Assembly: GCA_031961205.1 (NCBI GenBank)
Contig: JAVRLS010000001.1
Coordinates: 1-60,614, forward strand
Direction: 5' to 3'
Length of the DNA: 60,614 nt
Source of the DNA: Thermoplasmataceae archaeon
GTDB lineage: Archaea > Thermoplasmatota > Thermoplasmata > Thermoplasmatales > Thermoplasmataceae
Shown here: positions 1 through 10,672 of the stretch, one piece after another
How the letters are laid out: each line of letters opens with the position of its first letter
How positions within the stretch are numbered: position 1 is the first letter of the stretch
Notes under the pieces: generated by a model
Database searches by the model: none
Seen by the model: only the letters and a program-made list of their open reading frames with translations
Told to the model about the DNA's origin: nothing
Translations under genes and position numbers: made by a program

Positions 1-567
1 GTATTTGCGTGTGCTGTCCCTTTCCGTGGGCTTGAATATACCGGGCCTGGCAGTTGCCATCTGGGGCCTGTGGTTCTTGCACAGTATTTCTGCAAGTGTA
101 CTTTCACCGTATGTCGGGCGGTTTGCCAGAAGCGTCCTGCTTTCGTCAACGTCAATAACAGTGCAGTCCGCCGTTATTCCTGTCCTTGCCCTTATGGCAA
201 TCCTTGAAGCAAGATCCCTGCCGTTTCTTGTGGCTGAAAGAAGGAATATATTCGGCTTGTATTCTTCTATATATTTACCGACCACCTCGGCTATTGGCAG
301 TGTAAGGACATCCTTGAATTCCGGGGCCTCTGCAGCCAGTACTATGTCGCATCCGTATTCTCCGGCATCCTTTGCGAGCCTGTCAACCTTATCCCCTGTT
401 ATCACACATATAAGCTTTTCATGGACTTTGTCGGCCAGCTGCCTTCCGATTCCTATCATCTCAAGCGAAGATCTCTTGATCTCTTCCCCCTTATGCTCAA
501 GGTAAACTCCCACATTCTTGTAATCGTCCTTATTCGTAACAGGAACTGCATTTATCAAACCAGTCAT
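1..567 (-). CDS. etfA: electron transfer flavoprotein alpha subunit (EtfA/FixB), N-terminal part; gene continues beyond window edge
   Basis: Absent from ORF track because it has no stop in the window. Minus-strand ATG at 567-565 overlaps the etfB stop (ATGA). Hand translation MTGLINAVPVTNKDDYKNVGVYLEHKGEEIKRSSLEMIGIGR... stays open in frame to position 1. It follows etfB as in fixABCX-type clusters. Confidence 0.8.
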   Translation of the reverse strand, partial: MTGLINAVPVTNKDDYKNVGVYLEHKGEEIKRSSLEMIGIGRQLADKVHEKLICVITGDKVDRLAKDAGEYGCDIVLAAEAPEFKDVLTLPIAEVVGKYIEEYKPNIFLLSATRNGRDLASRIAIRARTGITADCTVIDVDESRTLLANRPTYGESTLAEILCKNHRPQMATARPGIFKPTERDSTRKY

Positions 568-1361
568 TTCGCATCACCAAATTTAAGTATCCCCTTTGCT
601 ACAAGTTCGTCAACCATTGAAGGGATTTCCTCAATCTTTATGACTTTCTTTCCCCTTTCTATTTCCTTTATTCCCTTCATAGATCTTACGATCGTAGGGG
701 ACCCGCGAAGGCCAACCCAGTTCGGGTCAAGGTTGACTTCCTTGATGCCCCATACCTCGACGCCTTTTTTCATGGCATCTATCTTTTTCCTGAGCTTCTG
801 GTAACGGGGGATGTTAGCGTTAAGTATTACCGTGACAAGTGCTGGCGCCTTTATTTTGACAATCTCATCGCCATCCTCGAGTTCGCGGGTTGCTATAACG
901 TAGCCATTCTCGTACTGCACGTCCTTCGTGTATGTTGCCTGTTCCCATCCGAGGAATTCGGCAACCCCGGGACCGACGTGGCCCGTGCTCGAATCGGTTG
1001 TTTCATCGCCGGCAAACACTATATCCACGTTCCCTATCCTTTCAATTGTGGCAGCAAGCGTCAGTGCAGTAGGATATGTATCAGCACCAGCAAACGCCCT
1101 GTCAGAAATCAGGATGCCCCTGTCAGCGCCTCTCGCCATGCATTCAAGAATTGCAGAATCCGCCATTGCAGGTCCCATTGATATGATGGTTATTGTCCCT
1201 CCAACCTTATCCTTAATCTTAAGTGCCATTTCCAGTGCGTTCAGATCAGGCGGGTTAACAATATTCCTCGCCTTCGTCCTGTTAAGCGTCATCTTTACAG
1301 GATCAACCTCAACTTCGCTGCTGTCAGGCACCTGTTTCATCATAACAACCATATTAACCAT
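564..1361 (-). CDS. etfB: electron transfer flavoprotein beta subunit (EtfB/FixA)
   Basis: 265-aa ORF with ETF-beta-like sequence (MKQVPDSSEVEVD, GADRGILISD, VFAGDETTDSSTGHVGP). Translationally coupled to etfA. Confidence 0.9.
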   Translation of the reverse strand: MVNMVVMMKQVPDSSEVEVDPVKMTLNRTKARNIVNPPDLNALEMALKIKDKVGGTITIISMGPAMADSAILECMARGADRGILISDRAFAGADTYPTALTLAATIERIGNVDIVFAGDETTDSSTGHVGPGVAEFLGWEQATYTKDVQYENGYVIATRELEDGDEIVKIKAPALVTVILNANIPRYQKLRKKIDAMKKGVEVWGIKEVNLDPNWVGLRGSPTIVRSMKGIKEIERGKKVIKIEEIPSMVDELVAKGILKFGDAK

Positions 1362-1367
1362 TTTTTA

Positions 1368-1649
1368 TCACCCGAATTTGTATACGACACCATGATCTCC
1401 CTTTGGCAATGTCCATTTGACGCTTCCGTGGGAGCATGCTATATCGCAGGTACCGCATTCAACACAATCTTCGTACTTGAAGTTAAGTTTTCCGTTTATC
1501 AGCGTGTAGCAGTTAGCCGGGCAGGCAAAAACACAGAAGTGATCCGGGCATTTTGCACAAATATCTGGATCAATAGTTATGTGTTCATAGGACTTGTCCG
1601 TATTGTAATTCAACAATGCCAGCTTATCTTCTATCTTCAACATCATCAC
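1368..1649 (-). CDS. fixX: ferredoxin-like protein FixX
   Basis: 93-aa ORF with Cys clusters CAKCPDHFCVFACP and CVECGTCDIAC. Sits between fixC and etfB. Confidence 0.85.
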   Translation of the reverse strand: MMMLKIEDKLALLNYNTDKSYEHITIDPDICAKCPDHFCVFACPANCYTLINGKLNFKYEDCVECGTCDIACSHGSVKWTLPKGDHGVVYKFG

Positions 1650-1651
1650 CC

Positions 1652-2944
1652 TTACATTTTCCTCATCAAGCGGTATCCATTAAGAAGGAGGTCTTTCGAG
1701 GTTGTATCGCTTTCTTTCACAGACTGTTTCAGTATGTCGGTAATATGCTTCTTTGGATTTCCACTTTCCTCAAACATCTGCATGAAGACTTTCTCAATTA
1801 TGCCCGGAAGCAGATGCTGTATGAAAGGGTTCCATATAACATTCTGAATACCCTTGAACGTATACAGATCGCCGAGAACATAGCTGTTCCTGAGTTTTGC
1901 CTCGTATGAAGAGAGAGCCTGGGCAGACATATTTCCCTTGTTTTCAACTACTGTGTCTGCAGCCATCATTCCAGATGCTATCGCATAGTTTATTCCCTGA
2001 AGCATCATCCCATTGCTGAAGGCAAGCGAACCGGCTTCTCCCGCAACCAGATACCCGTCGCCGTAAAGTTTTGGGACACCGGCAAGACCCGATTCCGGTA
2101 TCAGGTGCGCACTGTATTCCTGTACAATACCATCTTTTATCAGGTTCTTTATGTACGGGTGTTCCTCGAATTTTTCCATTATATCGTACGAATGGACATT
2201 GCCATTCTTCCTCAGGTAATCAAGGGAGGTGACCGCACCGAGTGAGATAGTATCCTTGTTTGTGTAAAGGAATCCTCCGCCCTGTACACCGCCATCCAGA
2301 AACCCCATAACGTATTCCGAAGCAAAACCCTCTTTTGATGATAAATTGAATCTTTCGTTGATCACATCCTCGGGAAGCTTTATTGTTTCCTTCATTCCCA
2401 GGGCAACATCGTGATCTGCAAGTTTTTTTCTCAATCCAGAATTTATGAGAACACGCGGGTTTGCCCCTTCGGCCACGATAACTGCATCAGCCGTTATGAT
2501 ATCGTCGTCCTGGACAACGCCGATGACCTTTCCATCCTTCATTGCAAGCCTGTCAACTGTAATACCAGTAAGCAGCATAGCCCCAGCATCCTTTGCCTTC
2601 TTTGCAAACCACTGGTCGAATTTACTCCTGACTATGATCTTCCCGGATCTTTTTTCGAAAAGATCTTCGGAATTAAATCCTATTGATATCTTTGATTTTT
2701 CAGTCAGGAAGGCAATTTCCTTTCTCGACACATATCTTTCTATCGGAGCACTGCGTTCCCAGTCTGGAACAACTTTTGAAAGATCATCACCCCATAGAAC
2801 AGCGCCCGAAACATTCTTTGTTCCTGGAGGGTCCCCACGTTCCACAAGAAGTACATTGAGTTTATTCTGGGCCAGCCTTATGGCCGCTGAAGAACCAGCT
2901 GGTCCAGCGCCTATTACTATTGCATCGAATTCGCTCATCTGCAT
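1652..2944 (-). CDS. fixC: FAD-dependent ETF-quinone oxidoreductase-like protein FixC
   Basis: 430-aa ORF. N-terminal FAD fold DAIVIGAGPAGSSAAIRLA. 2-nt spacing to fixX. First gene of the fixC-fixX-etfB-etfA unit. Confidence 0.85.
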   Translation of the reverse strand: MQMSEFDAIVIGAGPAGSSAAIRLAQNKLNVLLVERGDPPGTKNVSGAVLWGDDLSKVVPDWERSAPIERYVSRKEIAFLTEKSKISIGFNSEDLFEKRSGKIIVRSKFDQWFAKKAKDAGAMLLTGITVDRLAMKDGKVIGVVQDDDIITADAVIVAEGANPRVLINSGLRKKLADHDVALGMKETIKLPEDVINERFNLSSKEGFASEYVMGFLDGGVQGGGFLYTNKDTISLGAVTSLDYLRKNGNVHSYDIMEKFEEHPYIKNLIKDGIVQEYSAHLIPESGLAGVPKLYGDGYLVAGEAGSLAFSNGMMLQGINYAIASGMMAADTVVENKGNMSAQALSSYEAKLRNSYVLGDLYTFKGIQNVIWNPFIQHLLPGIIEKVFMQMFEESGNPKKHITDILKQSVKESDTTSKDLLLNGYRLMRKM

Positions 2945-3201
2945 GAGATAACGAATCCATTTATATGCCTTTTGTCTTTATTCATACACCGTTTATTATA
3001 ACAAAAATCTGATGTGCATTTCGACAAAATATTATGTTAATTAATTATAATTACTTTAAAAAAGTAATTAAAAAAATTCATTCGCACCTGAATATTTTAT
3101 ATATGATAAACTTAATATATTATAAAATTACCATATAAAAATTTCATATTTCAGATCAAAAAAGAGGATACTGGCCTGTTTCTATAAAAAATCCAATGCT
3201 T

Positions 3202-3753
3202 CTACTCATGCCTGATTGATTCTATGTATTTGAAAAGCGCTGAAAACGCCAGGTTCCTGTGTGATATCATATTCTTTTCTTCCGTACTCATCTCGGCGAA
3301 GGTTCTTTCGGAATTTTCCGGGATGAATATTGGATCAAAACCGAATCCGCCAGATCCCTCCGGCGTTTTTGAAATGGACCCGTTCACAATTCCCCTGAAC
3401 TGGATTATACGAAAACCATCAAAGAATGATACAACTGTTTCAAAGAAGGCCTTTCTATTTTCCGGAACAAGTTTCAGTATCCCCTGATTGCCTATGGTTT
3501 TGCTCACGTATGAGGAATACGGGCCAGGGAATCCACCGAGAGATTCTATATAGAGCCCGGAATCATCAATGAAGAACGGTGGATCAACCTTCCCGGCAAG
3601 TTTCCTGCAGCTGTCGTATGAGATCTTATCGGTTGTATCCTCCTGTATCTCTTCGTATTTAAGCTCCACCCACTTCACGGTAAGGGAGAACTTCTTCGCT
3701 ATTTCGCTTACTTCTTCAAACTTATGCCTGTTACTTGTTACAAATTTAAACAT
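3202..3753 (-). CDS. rdgB: non-canonical purine NTP pyrophosphatase (HAM1/RdgB, ITPase/XTPase)
   Basis: 183-aa ORF with HAM1-family pattern ([44 protein letters not shown]). Confidence 0.85.
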   Translation of the reverse strand: MFKFVTSNRHKFEEVSEIAKKFSLTVKWVELKYEEIQEDTTDKISYDSCRKLAGKVDPPFFIDDSGLYIESLGGFPGPYSSYVSKTIGNQGILKLVPENRKAFFETVVSFFDGFRIIQFRGIVNGSISKTPEGSGGFGFDPIFIPENSERTFAEMSTEEKNMISHRNLAFSALFKYIESIRHE

Positions 3754-5344
3754 ACCTGTGCCTCGCCTCTATCTCCTGCATCCTGTTTTTTACATCGCCG
3801 TATCCTCTGTAGCATTTAGAGTATTCCTCCATGAATGCTTCCGCTATTCCATCATCATTGATTGAAAGGTTTTTTATGGACTGAAGGAACATATATATAT
3901 CCACTGCAAGATCCTCCACTTCAGAATCTGATTTTCCCATACTCGGATCAATCATATAGACTTTCTCTCCGGACACCATTATGTTATTGACGCCCAGATC
4001 ACCATGCGTTATTCCGTTCCCGTGCATAAGGCACACACTCCTTGCTATTTTTTTTATGATCTGATCGTAATGGGCATTTTCCTTAAGAAACTCTTTTAGC
4101 GTTATCCCACTGATCTTTTGCATTGTCAGTGACATGGAATTTCTGTCAAAATCATAAACTACAGGGGTATCAACGCCTGTTTCCCTTATTTTTCTGAGAA
4201 GGTAGAATTCATTTTTCATCCTTTCATATCTTATCCTTTCATCCAGTTCCGGGTTTCTATAAGTTTTTCTTATCCTGGATTTTACTATGGCTTTTCTTCC
4301 GTAGAATTCTGATTCAGAAATTGAGGATTCTGCTCCCCTGTTTTTATAAGGGTTTCCATCCGCGTCATCGATCCATGGCGCCGGAACTTCGTCTATCCTG
4401 TATCTCTGGTTTATCCCCGTTTCGCTGATCCGCATCCTTGATCCGCTCCCGTACATAAGCATGGCAGCCTGCGCTATCATCACACCGTTATCCATGCAGT
4501 ATTCCTTATCTGTAAGATAGGCCTTAACGCCATTTGCATCTGCCATCTCAGAAACCATCTTCCTCAGCCGGTTGTTCAGTGCCACCCCGCCGGCCAGAAG
4601 TATTTCAGATTTTCCCGATATATAAAGAGCCCTTTCAATGACCTCTATGAGCATTGAAAAGGCAGTTTCCTGTATGCTGTAGCATATATCGTTTATGTCC
4701 CTGCCAGTCTCCATGTATCGTTTTGCTGCCGTAAGTATGCCGGAAAATGATGTGTCCATGCCTTTCACAGAATACGGCAGATCCAGGATATTCTTCCCTT
4801 TTTCAGCCATGGCCTCAATTTTAGGACCACCCGGGAAACTTATGCCGGAGAGGCGCGCGAACTTATCAAGCATATTTCCTATCCCTATATCCAGAGTTTC
4901 GCCAAGAACGTGATACCTGCCCTTTATATGGGCAATGACCTGTGTATTTCCGCCGGAGACATAAAGCATTATAGGATCTGATGCCCCTGTAACCCTCCTG
5001 CCTATCTCTATATGGCCGAGCGGGTGGTTTACTCCGAGAATCGGTTTCTTAAGCTTAAGTGATAACGTTCTCGCAGCAGTTGCAGTGACCCTGAGGGAAG
5101 GCCCCAGGCCCGGCCCCATGGAAAAGGCGATTAGATCTATGTCGGATGGCGATATTCCTGAAGCATCCAGACTCTTCTTTATTATGGATGCAACATTTTC
5201 GGCGTGATGTACGGCCGCTTCTCTTGGATGTATCCCGCCGTGATCCGGCACATACATGGAAGATACATTCGACAGTATCCTGTTTTCGTCCACTATCCCG
5301 CAGCTAATTGTATGCGCTGTGCCTTCCAGCCCGAGTACTATCAT
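3746..5344 (-). CDS. kae1: bifunctional Kae1-Bud32 fusion (tRNA t6A37 synthesis: threonylcarbamoyltransferase plus RIO-type kinase)
   Basis: 532-aa ORF. The N-terminal ~320 aa are Kae1/TsaD-like ([23 protein letters not shown]). The C-terminal ~200 aa are Bud32-like kinase ([13 protein letters not shown]). 8-nt overlap with rdgB. Confidence 0.9.
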   Translation of the reverse strand: MIVLGLEGTAHTISCGIVDENRILSNVSSMYVPDHGGIHPREAAVHHAENVASIIKKSLDASGISPSDIDLIAFSMGPGLGPSLRVTATAARTLSLKLKKPILGVNHPLGHIEIGRRVTGASDPIMLYVSGGNTQVIAHIKGRYHVLGETLDIGIGNMLDKFARLSGISFPGGPKIEAMAEKGKNILDLPYSVKGMDTSFSGILTAAKRYMETGRDINDICYSIQETAFSMLIEVIERALYISGKSEILLAGGVALNNRLRKMVSEMADANGVKAYLTDKEYCMDNGVMIAQAAMLMYGSGSRMRISETGINQRYRIDEVPAPWIDDADGNPYKNRGAESSISESEFYGRKAIVKSRIRKTYRNPELDERIRYERMKNEFYLLRKIRETGVDTPVVYDFDRNSMSLTMQKISGITLKEFLKENAHYDQIIKKIARSVCLMHGNGITHGDLGVNNIMVSGEKVYMIDPSMGKSDSEVEDLAVDIYMFLQSIKNLSINDDGIAEAFMEEYSKCYRGYGDVKNRMQEIEARHRYV

Positions 5345-5524
5345 CGAATACGTATTGCATCCTTATAAATTAATTTCACAATTGAAACCGGATAGATCAT
5401 TTTGATTCGAAACATGGGAAATTTTGGATGCGATCATAATTATATTAATCTTAGGCAATTTTTATGAATCACCGGAAAGGCAACATGATTATAAAGGAAG
5501 TTGTTATCACGTTAAAGGTGACAT

Positions 5525-5908
5525 ATGCCAAATTCCATTGCGATAATTGCTGATCCAAAAAGCGGGAAAACTTACAAAAAAGAGATTCCAGTTGAACGTG
5601 TAGGATCACTTGTGGGACGAAAAGTAGGTGAAGAGATAGACGGTGTTTTTTTCGATCTTGTAGGGTACAAACTGAAAATAACAGGTGGAAGCTCTGCTGA
5701 TGGCTTTCCCATGAGATCGGACCTTCCGATGCAGGGAAAGAAGCAGATACTCATAACGTACAGGAAGGGATACAGGGGGAAGAACGGGATAAAGAAAAGG
5801 ATAACTGTCAGAGGATCGATAATCAGCAACGACATTACACAGATAAACCTGATGGTCACGCAGTACGGCCCTAACCCAATCGCTGAAGAAAAAAAGGAAG
5901 CTGAGTAA
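5525..5908 (+). CDS. rps6e: 30S ribosomal protein S6e
   Basis: 127-aa ORF (KLKITGGSSADGFPMRSD, RKGYRGKNGIKKRITVRG). GGTGA SD 3 nt upstream of the ATG. Confidence 0.95.
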   Translation: MPNSIAIIADPKSGKTYKKEIPVERVGSLVGRKVGEEIDGVFFDLVGYKLKITGGSSADGFPMRSDLPMQGKKQILITYRKGYRGKNGIKKRITVRGSIISNDITQINLMVTQYGPNPIAEEKKEAE

Positions 5909-5912
5909 ATTC

Positions 5913-7133
5913 ATGTTGCCACAGCCATCTGTAAACATAGGAATGGTAGGTCATGTTGACCACGGGAAAAGTACGTTGACTCTTGCCCTGACCGGTACCA
6001 AGACTGATACTCATTCCGAGGAAATTAAAAGAGGGATATCAATAAAGCTTGGTTATGCAGATACTCCCGTATATAAATGTACAGACGAGCAGGGCAATGA
6101 ATACTACAGTCATACGGATAACGGAAACTGCAAGCTTGAGCGCGTGATTTCATTTGTTGACGCACCCGGGCATGAAACCCTTATGGCTACCATGCTCTCC
6201 GGATCGGCAATAATGAACGGGGCCCTTCTTGTCATAGCAGCGAATGAGCACTGCCCGCAGCCACAGACAAGGGAGCATATGACTGCGCTTGAGATAATGG
6301 GCATAAAAAACATAATAATAGTGCAGAATAAGATAGACCTTGTTACAAAAGAGAGGGCAGTAGAAAGTTATAAGGAGATAAAGAATTTTGTTGCCGGAAC
6401 AATAGCGGAAAATGCACCTGTTATACCCGTTAGCGCCTATCACAACACAAATATAGACGTGCTTCTTGGGGCCATAGAGAAGTACATACCGGATCCTGAT
6501 TTCAGCCTGAACGCCGATCCGTTAATGTACGTGGCGAGATCATTTGATGTAAATAAACCCGGATCTGATATAGAAAGCCTGAAAGGCGGTGTTATTGGAG
6601 GATCACTTGTCAGGGGTGAATTTTCTGTTGGCGATGAAATAGAAATTGTTCCTGGCATCCAGGTAACAAAGGGCAACAAATCCGTGTGGGAAAATGTAAC
6701 CACGGAAATAATAAGCCTTATGGCCGGCAAAAATTCATATGAAAAAATAAGAACCGGTGGGCTTGCTGCTGTTGGTACAAGACTTGATCCGTTCCTCACA
6801 AAGGGGGATGCATTCACCGGAAGGGTGGCTGGCGCCGTCGGCAAGGTTCCAGATATGACATTTTACCTGAGAATACAATCTAACCTGCTTAAGCGTGTTG
6901 TTGGATCAGATAAGGAGATGAATGTGGATCTTATAAAGCCAAAAGAAACACTCATGTTCACTGTTGCAACAGCCAATACTGTCGGACTCGTAAACACGGT
7001 TAAAAGTGATGAGATAGAACTTACCCTGAAATATCCTGTTGCTGCCATTGAAGGCATGCGTATCGCCATCGGACGCAGGATAATGAACAGATGGCGCCTT
7101 ATAGGATACGGTACAATACTTGCAATACAATGA
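5913..7133 (+). CDS. eif2g: translation initiation factor aIF2 gamma subunit
   Basis: 406-aa ORF. GTPase G1 motif GHVDHGKST, DAPGHE, NKID. Conserved rps6e-eif2g pairing. Confidence 0.95.
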   Translation: MLPQPSVNIGMVGHVDHGKSTLTLALTGTKTDTHSEEIKRGISIKLGYADTPVYKCTDEQGNEYYSHTDNGNCKLERVISFVDAPGHETLMATMLSGSAIMNGALLVIAANEHCPQPQTREHMTALEIMGIKNIIIVQNKIDLVTKERAVESYKEIKNFVAGTIAENAPVIPVSAYHNTNIDVLLGAIEKYIPDPDFSLNADPLMYVARSFDVNKPGSDIESLKGGVIGGSLVRGEFSVGDEIEIVPGIQVTKGNKSVWENVTTEIISLMAGKNSYEKIRTGGLAAVGTRLDPFLTKGDAFTGRVAGAVGKVPDMTFYLRIQSNLLKRVVGSDKEMNVDLIKPKETLMFTVATANTVGLVNTVKSDEIELTLKYPVAAIEGMRIAIGRRIMNRWRLIGYGTILAIQ

Positions 7134-7138
7134 AATTT

Positions 7139-7498
7139 TTACCGCGTCTTCATTTCTATAAACCGGAGGATCGGGATCAGCCTTTTTCTTAATTCGTATC
7201 CGAAATCAGTGAGAGCGTATGTAACTATCCCGTTTTCACTGGCCTTTTTAATTATGCCGGTGGAAATAAGATCCCTTATCCTCCGTGAGATAATTGAGTT
7301 GCTGGATTCAGGAATGGATTTTCTTATGTCATTGAAATTTCCTCTTGTATTTTCATTACCGATCACACTTATCAGGAGAATGGAATATTTTTTGCCCAGT
7401 GCCCTCAAAACAGGTTCAGAGGGATCAATGCAGATCTGCGTTTCTCCATCAATCAGCATGCATGCATTGTTCCTGTTGATGTCTTCTGCCATGTTCAC
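7139..7498 (-). CDS. winged-helix transcriptional regulator, HxlR-like
   Basis: 119-aa ORF. The pattern C..P....L..LG.KYS..L...........F.DI.K.IP..S..I.S.RIRDL...G.I......G.V.Y.LT..G..L fits the HxlR/MarR-like wHTH architecture. Confidence 0.6.
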   Translation of the reverse strand: MNMAEDINRNNACMLIDGETQICIDPSEPVLRALGKKYSILLISVIGNENTRGNFNDIRKSIPESSNSIISRRIRDLISTGIIKKASENGIVTYALTDFGYELRKRLIPILRFIEMKTR

Positions 7499-7670
7499 AT
7501 CCTTAAATAAACAGGTAATAGCCCCTAATAAGTATTTTTATGCCCTGTAATCTAAATGATTTAGTATTATATAATTAAATAATTATATTATAAATGTACG
7601 GCGTATCTTGTCAGTACTGATTTTATAGAATTCTGATCTGACATCTCAAAATACCGGATTTTTATAAAGA

Positions 7671-7743
7671 TGCAGGTGTCGGGATTTGGACCCGAGTCGA
7701 AAGCTTGGAAGGCTCTCGTGCTACCAGGCTACACCACACCTGC
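7671..7743 (-). tRNA. tRNA-Gly (anticodon UCC)
   Basis: Hand-folded cloverleaf. Acceptor GCAGGTG/CACCTGC, anticodon stem AGAGC/GCTTT, loop CTTCCAA, T arm TCGGG-TCCAAAT-CCCGA, discriminator A. No encoded CCA and no intron. Confidence 0.9.
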
Positions 7744-7776
7744 CTATTTCCAGTATATCCCTCAAAAATATAAAAG

Positions 7777-8463
7777 TTATGAGGGGGGCGGAACAGAAAA
7801 GATGAGATCGTATGTAATGGTTGAAGTGAGATTTGATCCGTGGTATAATGTACTTCCCGTAACAGTTACATATCCGAGGTCATAACTGTGAGCGGCGGAT
7901 ATATTGAAGTAAAGATAATTATTGTTTAAATGCGATGATATTAGCGCAGATGGCGCACCGTTTAAGGAATACGTAACGGAATATGACGATATGCCGGAAT
8001 AAGCAAACATGTACATACGGAATGAATCTGTCGTACCAAATGGAACAGAATATCTGCTTGAAGAGACAGCTGGTGTTGTCCATGTACCGTTTTGATATAT
8101 CTGAAACCCTGATATCTCAGGACCTGAAACATGAGTCAATGGCGGGTTTAATATAAGAATCCAGAACACAAGCCATGTCAGAAACAGTTCCCCCACCAGA
8201 AGTATCCTGTGTGTGGCCTTCCTTGAAAACTTTACTTTCAGAGCTGAAAGGATGTGTTCAGAGAAAAGCAATACAACTATAATAAGCAGTATTGCAAAAT
8301 ACCAGTAGCCTATAAGTTGCAGGTAACCTGAGGCTATTCCCACCAGAGCTGCTATTACAAAGACTATAACTATTGATTTAGCTCTTTCCTTTTCATTGTA
8401 TATGAAATCTCTCTCGCTGAACTCCGGAATATTTACAAGAGGCTCCTCATCATCTTTAGGCAT
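7777..8463 (-). CDS. hypothetical membrane protein (3 predicted TM helices plus Ser/Tyr/Thr-rich extracytoplasmic domain with N-X-S/T sequons)
   Basis: 228-aa ORF with hydrophobic segments IVIVFVIAALVGIASGYL, YWYFAILLIIVVLLF and LLVGELFLTWLVFWILIL. No recognisable family. Confidence 0.55.
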   Translation of the reverse strand: MPKDDEEPLVNIPEFSERDFIYNEKERAKSIVIVFVIAALVGIASGYLQLIGYWYFAILLIIVVLLFSEHILSALKVKFSRKATHRILLVGELFLTWLVFWILILNPPLTHVSGPEISGFQIYQNGTWTTPAVSSSRYSVPFGTTDSFRMYMFAYSGISSYSVTYSLNGAPSALISSHLNNNYLYFNISAAHSYDLGYVTVTGSTLYHGSNLTSTITYDLIFSVPPPS

Positions 8464-8478
8464 TTGTAAACCCTATTT

Positions 8479-9129
8479 TTACTTCATTAATGAATTTAAC
8501 GCTCTATCCGGATCCGTTGCCTTTACTACGCCTGAAGATATCAATATGCCAGCAGCTCCCAGTTTTAATGCTTTTTCAACATCATCCCCGTTCTTAATTC
8601 CAGCTCCGACCAGAACTTTTGATGAAAAACTTTCAGATATTTTCACAATGTCAGAAATCATTTCCGGTTTAGATGTTGAGACTGATATGTTCCCTCCTAT
8701 CAGTTCCTTAGGCTCATATGCAAGGTACTCGGGTTCATATTTGACATAATTTCTGGCTTCATCCAGGGTCTCAATGCAGAGGACTATCTCAAAATCTTTT
8801 TCTCTGGCCTTTTCAAGTATTTTCCTTATTTTCTCCTGAGATACCCTGTTTTCAGAATGATTCAGCAAAGAACCGCGAATACCATTTTCCAGAAGATTTT
8901 CCATTATAATTTTTCCTGTGTATGGGCCGCGATCATATTCATCAACATGCTGTGCAAAGAACTCAAAACCAGCATATGATTTTTCCTTATAAAGATCAAG
9001 AAATGACGGTGATACGATCTTCCGGTATTCATTCGTATGTGCCTTCATTGCGGACATCAACGTATCAAACTTCTTTCCTGTTGATTCGGCATAGTTTTTC
9101 ATATTTACTATTATAGTTTTTGTAACCAT
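8479..9129 (-). CDS. tpiA: triosephosphate isomerase (archaeal type)
   Basis: Archaeal TIM motifs (VNMKNY, LLNHSE, YEPKELIGG, GAGIKNGDDV, ISSGVVKA). The ORF is open from 9165, but the ATG at 9129 (MVTKTIIVNMKNY) gives the usual ~216 aa. Confidence 0.9.
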   Translation of the reverse strand: MVTKTIIVNMKNYAESTGKKFDTLMSAMKAHTNEYRKIVSPSFLDLYKEKSYAGFEFFAQHVDEYDRGPYTGKIIMENLLENGIRGSLLNHSENRVSQEKIRKILEKAREKDFEIVLCIETLDEARNYVKYEPEYLAYEPKELIGGNISVSTSKPEMISDIVKISESFSSKVLVGAGIKNGDDVEKALKLGAAGILISSGVVKATDPDRALNSLMK

Positions 9130-9247
9130 GGTCGAATATTGCAAGGATGCTTTAAAAGTTATCAAAAGCTGGTTTTACTCTTATGAAAGATGGATAAAAT
9201 GATTGTGAACGATACTATTCATTAGAATTTATTTATCTTTCACGGAT

Positions 9248-9754
9248 TCAATCTTCGCCCTCAAGAACATAAAACTCGCCTATCATGGCCTTAACTTCAC
9301 GCTCAGGTAGAGAGAATTTTCTCACCTTCAGATCGCTTTCGAGAAGCATGAGCTCGGCAAGCTCATCGGGGTAACCCTCAGCATAAATTATTTCCTTCAT
9401 CTGCGCGTTCATTATCATCTTGGAACATACAACGCATGGATGCGTGGTAACGTAAATAACCGAATCCTTTATGCTCACTCCATGCACAGCCGCCTGAATG
9501 ATGGCGTTCTGTTCAGCGTGCAGGCCACGGCAGAGCTCGTGCCTTTCACCGGACGGAATCTTTAAATCTTCCCGTATGCACCCCGTAACATTACAATGGG
9601 CAGCGTTTGATGGCGGGCCGTTATAGCCGGTTGCAAGAACATTTTTATCCTTGACTATAACAGCTCCCACTTTCCTCCGCGTGCAGGTTGTTCTGGAAGC
9701 TGCAAGATAAGCCATTCTCATGAAATACTCATCCCATGAAGGTCTTTCGGACAT
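9248..9754 (-). CDS. dCMP deaminase (CMP/dCMP-type zinc deaminase)
   Basis: 168-aa ORF with zinc-site motifs HAEQNAI and PCVVCSKMI. Confidence 0.85.
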   Translation of the reverse strand: MSERPSWDEYFMRMAYLAASRTTCTRRKVGAVIVKDKNVLATGYNGPPSNAAHCNVTGCIREDLKIPSGERHELCRGLHAEQNAIIQAAVHGVSIKDSVIYVTTHPCVVCSKMIMNAQMKEIIYAEGYPDELAELMLLESDLKVRKFSLPEREVKAMIGEFYVLEGED

Positions 9755-9853
9755 GATTTATATATCCGAAACCACCTTAAATAAGATTTGTAAAAAAAAG
9801 AGATACATGATTTAGCTTGGCAGTATAAAAAAAAGCTTTATTTACAGTATGTA

Positions 9854-10327
9854 TTGGAATATATGGAAAATGAAAATAGAGAGTACTGCAGTATAGTGGA
9901 TGATTATCTGCCATTCAACCATCCTTACTTCAGGGCCAGAAATGAAGTTGAGGCATCTGAATCTTTTCTTGGGCTTGCAATTGCTGAAGGGCTGAGAATA
10001 AATGAGATAAGAGAATTTATTGATATACTGGACACGCTTTATTCAGGAATTTCGGACAGCGAAATAAAACTTGATGAATTCAAGGAAAAGCGCCTGAAAT
10101 TCACAGAAGAGGGCTGGTATGATCCTAAGGAAAAGTGCAACAATGGAGACAGAAGAGCCATTATGCTATTTCTTTCTCATTATCATCTGGAAAATGCTGT
10201 GAATGAACTCATGTCTCTTGAGGAGGATGAACGCTTTTCAGGCAAGATAAAGGAAAGTAATATAACATATATGAAAAAGCTGAGTGAAGCGATCGTCAGG
10301 GAAGCCCTTGGATACGTACGCATATGA
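9854..10327 (+). CDS. hypothetical protein
   Basis: 157-aa ORF with coding-like composition and no competing ORF. No family recognised. Confidence 0.5.
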   Translation: MEYMENENREYCSIVDDYLPFNHPYFRARNEVEASESFLGLAIAEGLRINEIREFIDILDTLYSGISDSEIKLDEFKEKRLKFTEEGWYDPKEKCNNGDRRAIMLFLSHYHLENAVNELMSLEEDERFSGKIKESNITYMKKLSEAIVREALGYVRI

Positions 10328-10672
10328 TCTGATTATTGAATTCTTTAACTATTTGAGAATATCCTCCTGGTAGTTGTCGTCCTGCACAGGCCTTTTTATG
10401 TGCACTTCAGGGCCTCTTTCATCTTCACTGGTTTTCATCATCGCTTTTGTAGTGCCTTTATATTGCATGGACTTTAAGGTATCTTGACGTTTACATTTCC
10501 CCTTTAAGGGGAAATCCATTTCTATTCGATATTTCTATGAAACAATATCCTGAAAGACCTGCGGGATTATGCATAAAAACCCTTTAAAATAGGGTGTATA
10601 ACGGTATTTAAAATGACGGATTCGCATGATGCATGCAAGATAAATCGCGTCTATTAATCTATGTTGAAGGCA

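Noticed and set aside
5-505. 166-aa plus-strand ORF at the left edge
   Set aside because: It lies entirely antisense to the well-supported etfA reading frame and has a Ser/Leu/Ala-rich shadow-ORF composition.
3048-3070. 10-bp-stem palindrome TAATTACTTT-AAA-AAAGTAATTA upstream of fixC
   Set aside because: It sits in a spacer that is almost entirely A/T, where such palindromes arise easily. I found no second copy to suggest an operator motif.
7670-7885. 71-aa plus-strand ORF
   Set aside because: Its first third is the antisense strand of tRNA-Gly, and the rest is antisense to the 3' end of the membrane-protein gene.
10495-10515. 8-bp GC-containing hairpin ATTTCCCC-TTTAA-GGGGAAAT between convergent genes, as an intrinsic terminator
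   Set aside because: Archaeal termination relies on oligo-T tracts rather than hairpins, and no adjacent T-run is present. It could be a chance palindrome or a protein-binding site, and it is not supportable as a feature.
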